Assembly (NCBI GenBank): GCA_951406725.2 | Contig: OX597829.1 | Span: forward strand, 41,230,001 to 41,294,000 | Reading direction: 5' to 3' | Length of the DNA: 64,000 nucleotides | DNA from: Octopus vulgaris | Taxonomy: Eukaryota | Part shown: positions 49,822 to 61,983 of the stretch, one piece after another | How positions within the stretch are numbered: the stretch's first letter is position 1 | Layout: each line of letters opens with the position of its first letter | Position numbers and translations under genes: made by a program | The notes under the pieces: model-generated | The model's database searches: none | The model's input: only the letters and a program-made list of their open reading frames with translations | What the model was told of the DNA's origin: nothing

Positions 49822-50656
49822 AATTGATTGTCTAAGCAGGAGTATAATAAATAATGTCTTTTTGAAATCCCACCAGACACAAAGCATAATCTTTTTCATG
49901 AATATTTCGCTTTGGTAACTGTTTAACTACAGAAAGCTCAGAACCATTTCCACACTATCCTTGACAATCCATTTAAGATCTCATCATCATCATCATTTAA
50001 CGTCCACTTTCCATGCAAGCGATGTTGGGGGGACAAACACAGACACACAAACATATACACACACACATATATATATATACGATGGGCTTCTTTCAGTTTC
50101 CATCTACCAAATCCACTCCCAAGGCTTTGCTCGGCCCGAGGCAATAGTAGAAGACACTTGCCCCAGTGGGACTGAACCCAAAACCATGTGGTTGGTAAGC
50201 AAGCTATTTACCATACAGCCACTCCTATGCCTATTAGCTGGTTAAATGGCCAATATAAAGTCTCCCTAAATTGAGATGTCTTTGGTGAGACAAGACTAAA
50301 GGGATCTCTGAACTCAATTTTTCTTCTGTTCCTTCACTAAACACTCTAGAGAGTTGTGGTGAGGATTGGGGTGTTTTTGTCAAGGCACCAGCATGGGTAG
50401 GGGTCGTTTTATACACTCTCACTCAAGATAATGTGACAAAGAAATACAAATTATCAACAAAGACAATCATCAAATCTCAAAAGATTCTTAACAAAGGTAA
50501 GATTCATATTAGAAGAAATAATTCAGGTAACAAACTGCAGACACCCTTGTGGAATGTGTGACATAAATCAAACAGGGAATAACCAAAAGATTCAAGAATG
50601 GGAAGAAATTGAAGGTTAATGCAAACATGAACTGCAAAACAAAAAAAAATCTTGTG

Positions 50657-51590
50657 GTAAAGATTGTTTGCCAGCATAACATGGCAGTCCTGGTTTAGGG
50701 CAAATGTTGCTGTAATTTAGCCCCAGGAGACATTGTCTCCAGCTGTCTATACGACATGATCTGTGTCCTTATATTTTTGAACAAAGGAATCTAGCATCCC
50801 TGCTCAGCTCAAAATAATATCTGTGTATCATGATTTCTGGTGTATTTCTCTTCATCGGCACATAATAATTCTTCGGCTAGAGATTACCAAATTCCCGTTC
50901 GAAATATAAAGTTTTCGAAGTGACAACTAGTCACTGATTTATAAATTAGAAAATTACTATTTTTAAATCTCACAACGTGAGATATTCAGCAACAGTACTT
51001 TGGAGTAAAGATTGTTGATGATGGGGAAATAACCCAGAAATTGCAATACACAGATATTGTTTTAGGTTGAGTGGAGATGCTAGATTCCCTTGTTCCAAAA
51101 TATAAGGACACAGATCATGTCGTATAGACAGCTGGAGACGATGTCTCCTGGGACTAAATTACAGCAACATTCGTCCTAAACCAGGACTGCCATGTTATGC
51201 TGGCAAACAATCTTTACTACAAAGTACTGTTGTTGAATAATTTACAAATAGAAATTTTCTAATTTATAAATCAGTGACTACAAAGTACTGTTAAATCTCA
51301 CGTGAGATATTCAGCAACAGTACTTTGGAGTAAAAGTTGTTTGCCAACATAACATGGCAGTCCTGGTTTAGGACTAATGTTGGTGTAATTTAGCCCCAGG
51401 AGACATCGTCTCCAGCTGGCTATACAACACGATCTGTGTCCTTATATTTTGGAACAAGGGAATCTAGTACCCCCACTCAGCTCAAAACAATATCTGTGTA
51501 TTGCAATTTCCGGGTTATTTCCCATCATCAGCAACCTTTACTCCAAAGTACTGTTGTTGAATATCTCATGTGAGATTCAAAAATAGTAAT
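50657..51590. mobile_element. Cluster of hammerhead-containing ~348-bp repeat units in alternating orientation (retrozyme- or Penelope-pLTR-like)
   Basis: Three copies of the same block in -,+,- order; gtaaagattgt recurs at 50657 and 51005, giving one full permuted monomer; a related fragment lies at 37408-37602. Confidence 0.7.
51495..51535 (-). ncRNA. Minimal hammerhead ribozyme motif; paralogous degenerate copies at 51012-51052 (+) and 50822-50863 (-)
   Basis: Minus strand reads CTGATGA-t.ggg/aaataa/ccc.g-GAAA-ttgcaa-TA^caca; the copy at 50822-50863 retains stem I tgtg/caca. Confidence 0.65.
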
Positions 51591-52092
51591 TTTCAAAAAA
51601 AATTCTCATTTACTGCACCATTTGACCACTATACTAAATAGGATCAAAATTAATACACTGGGTAAGAGTACATAAATGACAAATCAAAGATTTATCGCTT
51701 AGAAATGTTGACGTAGTGAATTATTAAACATTTGTGCAAATGGAAGATTCAAAATGTTTCTTTTTTTGTCAAAATAAAGGAAAAAAATTATCAACTACAA
51801 AAGTCAACAGAATACTTTATAAGGATTCCAAAATCTGAAACTAAACCAGAAATAGTCAACACCACTGTTAAAAACATCTACATCTAAACAGATTACACCA
51901 TAACGTGTTTGAAAAAGTTATATATTACAAAAATATCCTTCCATAAAATATGTGTCATTCTGTTATCTTTTTCAAGATGTTTTTTTTTATATATAATTAA
52001 TAATTTCTATTTTTAAAATATTCTTAAAATATTGTGACTGCATCAAGTAATTTTTCAAAAAACAAAATTCATATATACACACACACACACAA

Positions 52093-52124
<32 letters not shown>

Positions 52125-52829
52125 ATATATTATATACCGATGATTAAGTAAATTGCAAAATAATAATAAAAACGTATATATTTGGCAGAATAACGTTTTT
52201 ATTATTATTTTGCAATTTACTTAAAAATCGGTATATTATTGTTATTTTAATTTTAATATTTCTTTTATATGTAATTTTCTAGATGGTATAATTTAATTGT
52301 TCATTTTGAATTGATAAAAGGTGGTTTTTTCTAATTTTTTTATATATATATATATATATTGAAATTTGATTTAGTATTTCTAAATTGAATTTTTCCCTGT
52401 CAGTTAGGAATAATATTCCCTCAAATAATTATCATATCTATATATATATATATATATGAAACATTTTTTTTTTGTCAAAATAAATGAATATTTTTGTAAT
52501 GAACCAGTACGTTTTTAGATATGATAGACAAATGGTTGGGTAAAAAAACAATTATATGTGAATATGTGTGCAAAGATGTTACAGTAACACATTGATGCAG
52601 TTTAATTTCCTTATATTTTCATCATTTTTGTTTTACTTACAATGAAATAAAAGATCTCAGTAAGGGGAATCTAATTCTGTAAACCTCATTAAAATTGGTG
52701 TGTGAAACAAAAAGGGCTCAAATTGGAAATGGAGAGGTTGTGTTGTGATTAACAGGTTGACTTATCAACAGTAATTAACAAGTTGCAAGGAAGAAATTAC
52801 ATCTTCAACAATGCTTATTAATAGATAAA

Positions 52830-54415
52830 CTAAATATTTGTAGTATTATAAGAGATATAATGATTTAAAGGCAATCTACTATAATAATACTCTTGTGTTT
52901 TTCTGTCACAACATATGAATGAGAAAGGAAGGGGTGATGGTAAAGTGGTAGCGGTATGATGGAAATAATATGGTGAAAAAAAAATCAAACAGCATTTCAA
53001 CTCAGTGTGAGTAGATGTGTGTGTATGCAAAAGGGAGGTACAATTTGATCTATGTCTGTTATGTGTGCAAATCAAGAGATAGGGGAATTGCTAAAATACT
53101 GGAGCTGGAATATATTAATTTAGGACATATTGTGGCTGCTGTGCCGGTGGCACGTAAAAAGCACCAACTGTTCATGGTCGTTGCCAGCCTACCCTGACAC
53201 CCGTGCCGGTGGCACCTAAAAAGCACCATCCGTATGTGACCAATGCCAGCACCGCCTTGACTGGCTTCCATGCCAGTGGCACGTAAAAAGCACGAACCGA
53301 TCATGGCCGTTGCCAGCCTACCCTGGCACGTAACAAGCACCATCCGTATGTGGCTGATGTCAGCGTTGCCTTGACTGGCTTCCGTGCCGGCGGCACATAA
53401 AAACCACCAACCGATCGTTGCCATTGCCAGCCTCCCTTGGCACCTGTGCCAGTAGTATGTAAAAAGCACCCACTACACTCACGGGGTGGTTGGAGTTAGG
53501 AAGGGCATCCAGCTGTAGAAACAGATCAGACTGGGCCTGGTGCAGCCTCCTGGCTTCCCAGACCCCGGTCGAACCATCCAACCCATGCTAGCATGGAAAA
53601 TGGACGTTAAACTATGATGATGATGATGATGATTCTAGTTTCATAGAATAATCCCATAGAGAGAAAAGTCAAGGATGAGAATTGTCTTGTTAAATGTAGG
53701 TCTGATGAAGCATAGCCTTCAGCTGCAATAAGAAAAAAAATATTTAGAGCTGAACTCCAGGAGTTTTAATAAGCATGCCAAAAAGTTCTACAGGAAACTT
53801 TTAGGTACTAAAATTAACTGGGTTTTTTTGCCCAGCAAAAACTGAAGTCAAAAGATGACTGGCTGGAAAAAATGTTTTATTAGAAAGTTCAGGGATTTTG
53901 CCAAAATTTAGCCATTATTATTTGCCAGCAGATTTGACTTTCAAACTTAAATGCTCTTGGTTTGAATTCAAGGAAGACTTTCTGCTACAAGAGTAATATT
54001 TGATACTAGCTAGACCCATGCTGTCAAAAATGACGGCTAATTGTATTATTTTATATATAAATAAGGTACATAATAATCACGCATACACACATTCACATAC
54101 TTCCCTTGTACACACACATGCACATGTAGTCACATGGAGTTGAAACACTGTTTGATTTTTCTTTTCGCCTTTGAATGTTCACCATCACACTTCCATTGTA
54201 CAGACTCAAACATTCACATACCTCCCTTTTACATAAACACACATCTACTCACACTGAGTTGAAACACTGTTTGATTATTTTTTTTACCATATTATTTCCA
54301 TCATACCACTACCACTTTACCAGCACCCCTTCCTTTCTCATTCATATGTTGTGACAGAGAAAAACACAAGAGTATTATTATAGTAGATGGCCTTTATATC
54401 ATTATATCTCTTATT
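52830..54415. repeat. Inverted pair of about 210-bp repeat fragments (52845-53050 vs 54205-54415), probably Helitron-derived
   Basis: gtcacaacatatgaatgagaaaggaaggggtg is reverse-complemented at 54325-54355; minus-strand hairpin plus CTAG near 54005-54040. Confidence 0.6.
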
Positions 54416-54514
54416 TTAAAAGACAATGAAGTATAACTAAAGATTTCTCAAAAGATCTAAGTGAGAGGAATCTAATATTGAAAACCACACAAGTGTCACC
54501 CAGCTGTCATATAT

Positions 54515-54678
54515 ACCGTATTTTAACATGCACAAAGAACCCTTTTTTGTCAAAAATTGGGTTCCAAAAATATGGGACTTTCTTATACATGGATAGTATT
54601 AAAATCTCTTACAAAACTTTTTTTCCAGATTTAAGCCCCAAAAATTAGGGGGTTCCTTATACACATTAAAATATGGTA
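54515..54678. mobile_element. Tigger/pogo-like MITE
   Basis: TA-ccgtattttaa ... ttaaaatatgg-TA termini; a related copy is split by a SINE at about 17540-18010. Confidence 0.5.
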
Positions 54679-54688
54679 TATATATATA

Positions 54689-55119
54689 TAGGGCTAAATA
54701 GCGGTGATGTAATTCCCTTTATGGGACTGTCACGTTATGTTGGCAGTATACAACCACTCTATCGCTCCACCATCGCTCATGTCTCTTTGAGACATTAAGA
54801 AATTCAATATTTCTAATTACGGTGATCAGTGAATAAATTTCACTGTAAATATATATATATTTGCGAGGGCTTGGCAAGTATCTCAACTAGTAGGACTTGC
54901 TACCCTGGACTGATGACGGGCAAGACCCAGAAACATGCATGTCTTCAGGTGCTAATCCTAGCTGGTGGGGGGTGCTTGCCTCCCCTTTGCAAGTATAAGG
55001 ACACAGGAAATGTGTCAAAGTCGACAGGAAGCGTTGATGCTTCCTAGGGTTAAATGGCGGTGGTGTAATTCCCTTTATGAGACTGTCACGTTATGTTGAC
55101 AGAATACAACCGCTATATC
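54689..55119 (+). mobile_element. Hammerhead-containing partial tandem repeat, 356-bp period (retrozyme- or Penelope-pLTR-like)
   Basis: 75-bp direct repeat at 54689-54763 and 55045-55119 with a hammerhead between; starts in a (TA)n tract. Confidence 0.7.
54904..54949 (+). ncRNA. Minimal type I hammerhead ribozyme motif
   Basis: cctgga-CTGATGA-c.ggg/caaga/ccc.a-GAAA-catgcatg-TC^ttcagg; stem I cctgga/ttcagg; palindromic stem III; GUC site at 54943. Confidence 0.8.
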
Positions 55120-55525
55120 ATCATCATCATCATCGTCGTTTAGCGTCCGTTTTCCATGCTAGCATGGGTTGGACGGTTCTACTGGGGTCTGTGAAGCCAG
55201 AAGGCTTCATCAGGCCCAGTCAAATCTGGCAGTGTTTCTACGCCTGAATGCCCTTCCTAACGCCAACCACTCCGTGAGTGTAGTGGGTGCTTTTTACGTG
55301 CCATTATCTTTTTCTTGTTTCAGTCATGAGACTGTGGCCATGTTGAGGCACTGCTTTGAAGAATTTTTAGCCAAATGAATTGACCCCAGTACATATTTTT
55401 TTAAACCTTTTATTCTATCATTCTCTTTGATGAAGTTAGGGGGTGAGCGAACACACCAGCACAGGTTGTCACGCAATAGTGGGGAACAAGCACACGTGTA
55501 TGTGTGTGTGTGTATATATATGTTT

Positions 55526-55803
55526 GGAGGCACAATGGTCCAGTGGTTAGGGCAGCGGACTCGCGGTCGTAGGATCACGGTTTTGATTCCCAGACCGGGC
55601 ATTGTGAGTGATTATTAAGTGAAAACACCTAAAAGCTCCACAAGGCTCCGGCAGGGGGTAGTGGTGATCCCTGCTGTACTCTTTCTTCTGTTAGCCTGCT
55701 CACTTAGCCAGCAGGGTGGCGTCATTCGAAGGCTAAAACAATGCAAAGCACATTGTGACCAGCGATGTGTAGCAACATCTGATAGCCTGGTCGGTCATGG
55801 TGA
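55526..55803 (+). mobile_element. tRNA-Arg-like SINE (possibly the octopus OR type); minus-strand relatives at 34228-34510 and 6720-6995
   Basis: Head ggaggcacaatggtccagtggttagggcagcggac-tcg-cggtc...ggtt.gattccc with a TCG anticodon-like loop; family name from recall. Confidence 0.7.
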
Positions 55804-56953
55804 GATATATGTGTGTGTGTGTATGTATGTATGCATATATGACAAGCTTCTTTTAGTTTCCGTTTACTAAATCTACTCACAAGGTTTGGTTGTCCTCAGG
55901 CTGTAAAGACATGCAATGGGACTGAACTTGGAAGCCTGTGGTTGAGTAGCAAGCTTCTTACCACAGAGCCATATGATGATCCTCAGATATGAACACTTTT
56001 TGCTCCATTACATTGTCAACATGGTTTTCAAGATACATACATACATATACGCACACACACATACATATATATAATCAGCTACTGATGATGCTTAACGAAG
56101 CATAAATTCATCACTATCGTTTAACGTCCGTTTTCCGTGCTAGCCTGGGTTGGACGGTTTGACTGGGGTCTGAGAAGCCAGGAGGCTGCACCAGGCTCCA
56201 GTCTGATCTGGCAGTGTTTTTACAGCTAGATGCCCTTCCTAACACCAACCACTCCGTGAGTGCAGTGGGTGCTTTTTATGTGTCACTGGCACAGGTGCCA
56301 GGGGAGGCTGGCAGTGGCCATGATCAGTTGGTGCTTTTTATGTGCCACCGGCACTGGCATCGACCACATTCGGATGGTGCTTTTTACGTGCCACCGGCAA
56401 CTACAATTTCCATTTGATATTTATTTTGATGTTGATGTTATGTACTTGACTCAATAGGTCTCCTCAAGCACAGCAGATCGTTCTGCAATCCAAGGTACTT
56501 TGGATGGGCTGGAGCTATGCAAAACTAGTGCAGGAAGCAGCCATGAACTCACATTATCTGTCGGGTCTTTGCAGTCACAGCATATCTCCAGAGATCTCGG
56601 TCTTTCATCATTGCCTCTGTGAGGCCCAATATTTAGTAATTCCACTGATAAACACTTTTCATCTGCTACTTGTATACTTAAGTTTTTTAATACTATATGT
56701 CTATAAGATGCCTTCTCGAGACAAATATTGCAGCTTCAAGGCTTTCTACAATATGTCTATATTAAACATGCTAATAACAAATATATACATATACTGAACC
56801 CAAAATCATGTGGTAGGGAAACAAACTTCTTAGCACATAACTGTATCTGCTCCTTGTTAATCGATCCAAGCACGAACATAGAAAAAAAAAGCTGAACATT
56901 TTCAAACAAAAAAAATTTTTAATGGAAAAAAAAAAACTCCCAAAAAACAACGC

Positions 56954-56970
56954 TTTATTAAAGTTTTATT
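56954..56970 (-). terminator. Probable NipSnap polyadenylation signals
   Basis: Two AATAAA on the minus strand (56954-56959, 56965-56970) followed by T-rich sequence; 3'UTR about 0.7 kb. Confidence 0.55.
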
Positions 56971-57637
56971 CAAAATCAAAATCTCCCCCTGCCATTGACA
57001 TTTTAAAACACTTTATTATTTTATTTCTGAAGTTATAAATCACTTCTGGAGGGAAGAAAAAAAGTTAATATATATATATATATATACACATATATATATA
57101 GTTATATATATTTTTTGTTATAAATGAAACGAGGAAGAGGAGGAGGAGGAAGAAAAGCTGGGAAAAGGGAAAAAGAGGGTCAGAGAGCAAGAAGTAAATA
57201 TAGTTTACAAATAGAAGTGTTTTCTTAACTTGAGAGAAAACTAGTGTGTACATATATGTGTATGTGTATGTGTGCGTGCGTGTGTGTGTCCACCCGCTTC
57301 TTAGAAAATGCTTCGGCATCTACTCCCAAGTACTAATACAAGCATCAGTAGTACAGGTGGGTACCTGAAGATGTCCCACTCTAAGAACAGCAGCAGCAGC
57401 AGCTACACTCTTGATGATTCCACCATTTTTTAAAATTATTTTTAAAATTTTTATTTTTGTGGTTGGATGTTAAGAGTAAAAATACAATGACAAGGGGTTT
57501 GAAAGCAGGTGGGTCTTTTTTGTTTTTGTTTTTTTTTTTTTGCTTGTTTGTTTTGCTTTTTTTTTTTTTTTTAACAAGTTTGTATAGAGTGATGTTGCAA
57601 TGCATTATCTTGTAAATTTAATAATTAATAACTGCTA

Positions 57638-57702
57638 CTACTGCAATGGTGAAAATGGTGTTGGAATCAGGATGCGTGACTCCATGTGTCGTATCAGCGG
57701 CA
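57638..57702 (-). CDS. Nipsnap: NipSnap homolog, last coding exon (VPLIRHMESRILIPTPFSPLQ*)
   Basis: Minus-strand acceptor gttcttacag after a long poly-Y tract; characteristic NIPSNAP C-terminus VPLI..MESRI.IP...SPLQ; tandem TAG TAG stops. Upstream exons lie beyond the window. Confidence 0.94.
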
Positions 57703-58894
57703 CTGTAAGAACAATGAAAGAAAAAGGGTTAAAAAAAAAAAAAAAAAAGCAAAGCATTTTGTATAAAGAAGCAAGCAAAATATTGACAGAAGTATTCCCT
57801 GTTTAATGCAATTCATAGGTGTAGCCATGGATGTCATCATCATCATCATCATCATCGTTTAACGTCCGCTTTCCATGCTAGCATGGGTTGGACGATTTTG
57901 ACTGAGGACTGGCGAACCAGATGGCTGCACCAGGCTTCAATCTTCATCTGACAGAGTTTCTACAGCTGGATGCCCTTCCTAACGCCAACCACTCCGAGAG
58001 TGTAGTGGGTGTTTTTTTTACGTGCCACAGGCACGGGGGCCAGTCAGGCGGTACTGGCAACGACCTCACTCAAATCTTTTTACACATGCCACCAGGACAG
58101 GTGCCAGTAAGGCGACGTTGGCAACGATCACGCTCGAACGGTGCCCTTTTACGTGCCACTGGCACGGAAGCCAGTTGGCTGTGGTAAGAAATTTGCTTCT
58201 CAACCACAAGGACCTGAGTCCTGTCTCACTTTGTGGCACCTTGAGCAAGTGGATTCAGTTGACGGAAACTGAAAGAAGCATCATTGAATATGTACATATA
58301 TATCATCATCATCATCATTTAACATCTGTCTTCCATGCATGCATGGGTAGGACGGTTGACAGGAGCCGGCCAATTAGAAGGCTACTCCAGGCTGGCAGGA
58401 TTTTTACAGCTGGATGCCCTTCCTAACACCAACCACTCTGCAAAGTGGACTTAGTGCCTTTTATGTGGCTCCAGCACAGGCAAGGTCAGTTTTGGCAATG
58501 TTTTTACAGCTGGATGCCCTTCAAAATATCAACCACTTTACAATGTAGACTGGATGGTTTTTATGTAGCGCCAGCACTGGCAGGGTCACCAAGGGACTGT
58601 CAAAACAAGGGATTTTGAGGGGAGGAGGTGATCTTGTATCAGATGATGAAAAGTTAGAGTGTGAGAGAGAGACAGAAACAGGTGTCTTACTATAAAGGAG
58701 GTACATGGTTACTTGGTGAGAGAGAAAGAGAGAAGAGAAAGAGGGGAAGAAAGAGGAAGAGACAGAGTGAGAGGAAAGATATATATATCCTACAATGACT
58801 GAAAAGAAAATATGTATAACTTCAACAGAATCAAGCCATGTCAATTATTGGCAATTTTCTCAATGATGTGCATATCTTTCACTGATATGCATAC

Positions 58895-58930
<36 letters not shown>

Positions 58931-58931
<1 letters not shown>

Positions 58932-59236
58932 AGTTCAGCAAAATTTAGATTCAAATAAATATATTACTTAAGTTAAAGGCACCAGAATTTTGCATGGTAT
59001 TATCCATATAAATCAAATGGGGTGATTATAATCAAAATAAGCAACAAGGATATCCAAGTATATCTAATACTTATATGAAATAAGTATTAGAATGTGCATT
59101 GTCCGTTTAATTGAAAAATTCTATATGTGGCTGAAGATTGCTCGACATTTTAAAACTGATGTAATACTTACAGGGTTTAATAAAATGAAGTAGCATGAAA
59201 CAATTGTACTACTCTACCTTGGATATCCTTGTTGCT

Positions 59237-59240
<4 letters not shown>
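58931..59240. mobile_element. (TA)n-embedded element with inverted end and hammerhead (Penelope-like); internally deleted sister copy at 35071-35262
   Basis: ataagcaacaaggatatccaag / cttggatatccttgttgcttat inverted repeat; both copies begin aagttcagcaaaatttagattca after (TA)n. Confidence 0.6.
59127..59212 (+). ncRNA. Type I hammerhead ribozyme motif with extended stem II
   Basis: gtgg-CTGAAGA-(tgct..catttt..aaact..tgtaa/ttaca..ggttt..aaaatg..agca)-GAAA-caattg-TA^ctac; GUA site at 59208. Confidence 0.7.
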
Positions 59241-59269
<29 letters not shown>

Positions 59270-59656
59270 TGCAGGTTGTTTCTTCAGTTTCCTTTTATCA
59301 ATTTTTGCTGACAATGGAAGGGCCAATCAAAGAATATGGTAGATAACACATCTACCCAAAGTTCTGTGCACCGAGATCGAACCTAGAACCACAGGATTTA
59401 ACTACACACCCGTATCTGTACCCTGGGTCTTGTAAGTAATAATGATAATAATAATAAGCCTTTCTACTATAGGCACAAAACCTGAAATTTTGTGGGGAGG
59501 GGGTTAGTCAATTACATCAACTCCAGTGTTCACCCCAAAAGGATGAAAGGCAAAGTTGATCTCAACAGAATTTGAAATCAGAATGTAAAGACAGACAAAA
59601 TGCTTAGCAGCATTTTGTCTGGTGTGCTAACAATTCTGCCAGTTTACTGTTTTACA

Positions 59657-59693
<37 letters not shown>

Positions 59694-60203
59694 ACAATAA
59701 CAAAATTATAAGCACAGGGTTTGAAATTATGAAGGCAGGGACTAAATTGACTGCATTAACCCAAGTGCTCAACCGATATTTTATTGACCCCACAAATGTA
59801 TGAAAGGCAAAGGTCAACCTTGGTGGAATTTGAACTTGAGTCAGACAAAATACCTCTTGACATTTTGCTGACATTCTAACAATTGTGTGTGCTCGCTGCG
59901 TTCAATATAAATGATGATAAGAAGGAATTATAATCCAAGCAGTTTCTTCACAAAGACCATCTGCATATTCTAGCAATTAATTGTATACTTACTTACTTTT
60001 TTACTTTTACTTGTTTCAGTCATTTGACTGTGGCCATGCTGGAGCACCGCCTTTAGTTGAGCAAATCGACCCCGGGACTTATTCTTTGTAAGACCAGTAC
60101 TTATTCTATTGGTCTCTTTTTGCCGAACCGCTAGGTGACGGGGACGTAAACACACCAGCATCGGTTGTCAAGCAATGCTAGTGGGGCAAACACAGACACA
60201 CAA

Positions 60204-60234
<31 letters not shown>

Positions 60235-60585
60235 CGACGGGGTTCTTTCAGTTTCCGTCTACCAAATCCACTCACAAGGCTTTGGTCGGCCCGAGGCTAT
60301 AGTAGAAGACATTTGCCCAAGATGCCACGCAGTGGGACTGAACCCGGAACCATGTAGTTCATAAGCAAGCTACTTACCACACAGCCACTCCTTACGTATG
60401 TACGTAAATATTTTATTTCAAATGAGAAAAATCATATATACAAGTTGAAATTCACAGTCATGTATATAATTTACAGAGTAACTAGGTATTAAAAGAAAGA
60501 TTGGAATTTATAGTAATATTTTAATTCTATAGTTACAGATGTTTCATTACAACATAGAAATATATTTTATGAATGTAGATATTAA

Positions 60586-60960
60586 TCTTCTCTCTATATA
60601 TAAACAGCAGTTTGTCTGTGTGTGTTTCTGTGTGTCTGTTTTCTTGTACCCTCACCCTGATCCACGGCTTTCAACCGATTCTGATGAAACTTGACACACA
60701 CATAGCCCAATGTCATAATTCAAAACTAACGCAGCGAAAATTTTGAAAAGTTCCCCCAGTTCTGAAAAAAATCGATAAATTCGACATGGGGTCGAGAATC
60801 AGAAACACAAACCACAGACTGTCTAGGGGGCGCAAATCGACCTTTTTAACTAAAAAAAAATTTACCATCATTTTTTCCCCATTTTTTGGCTATAACTCTC
60901 TAAAAATGCTTTATAGTTATTTCCCTTACAAACCCGAGCAACACTGGGCGATGCTGCTAG
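60586..60960 (+). mobile_element. Second Helitron-type family (a similar 5' end also occurs at about 44730-45210)
   Basis: A^TC..tatatataaa..(gtct/gt)n start; subterminal hairpin; CTAG^T end. Confidence 0.65.
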
Positions 60961-61578
60961 TATTAAATAAAATGAATCTGTAAATCAAATGGAAATTGTA
61001 GTTTAGATACCCGTGCCGGTGACACGTAAAAAGCACCGTTCAAAAGTGGCAGATGCCAGCACCACCTGACTGGCGTCTTGTGTCGGTGACATGTAAAAGC
61101 ACCAACTGATCATGGCCGTTTGCCAGTCTCCTCTGGCCCCTGTGCGGGTGACAAGTAAAAAGCACCCACTACACTCACGGAGTGGTTGGCATTAGGAAGG
61201 GCATCCAGCTGTAGAAACATTGCCAGATAAGACTGGAGCCTGGTGCAGCCTCCTGGCTTCCCAGACCCCAGTCGAACTGTCCAACCCATGCTAGCATGGA
61301 AAATGGACGTTAAACGATGATGATGATGATGATGATGATTATTATTTTTTTGAGGCTAAGTCTGAAGATTTGCACATGGGAATAGTTCTGCATGTATGCA
61401 TATATAGTTATATTATTGTGAATTCATTATATTTATATTATCGTTAACATATATGTTCATAAAATGCATTTCCCATGTTGTAGTGAAACATATAACAACA
61501 GTATTAAAATAATTCCATAAATCTCAGTTTTTGTTTTAATGCATTTAAAAGTAATAACTTCCTCAAAAGAAAATCTTC

Positions 61579-61983
61579 GGATCTTTTCAATTTGAACGGC
61601 AGTTTTTTAAAATAATTTCCATGTAACTAAACACTTTTAAACTTCGTATACTGGTAGAATGTGTTTATAAAACATCTTTTTCTCTTGGCTTTATTGAGAA
61701 AATTCTATAGTTTGTAAGATATTTGTCGTTTTTTTCTTCAATTTCTGCAATTTCAACCAATCAATGACGTCTATTGAGGTGAAAACATTCTGTGCCGTAT
61801 GAATATGTCCCTCGTTTAAGAAACAGATTGAGTTTATTTACATTTGTGAAGAAAAAAAGATACCCTTCCCCCAAACCCTAAAACAGATTGAAATGCAATA
61901 GATCGATACTAGGGTCATAATTATGAGTGACAATTTCATATGACACTGCTAGAAAAAACCTGCCGTTCAAACTGAAAAGATCC
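61579..61983. mobile_element. MITE with 24-bp TIRs and 8-bp TSD (Merlin- or hAT-like)
   Basis: TIR ggatcttttca.tttgaacggcag / ctgccgttcaaactgaaaagatcc; TSD aaatcttc at 61571-61578 and 61984-61991. Confidence 0.85.

Larger units (their letters stand above)
48635..50640 (-). mobile_element. Fossil mariner transposase interrupted by MITEs and SINEs
   Basis: Minus-strand peptide HEKKIMLCVWWDF resembles the mariner K.MLCVWWD motif; boundaries approximate. Confidence 0.5.
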
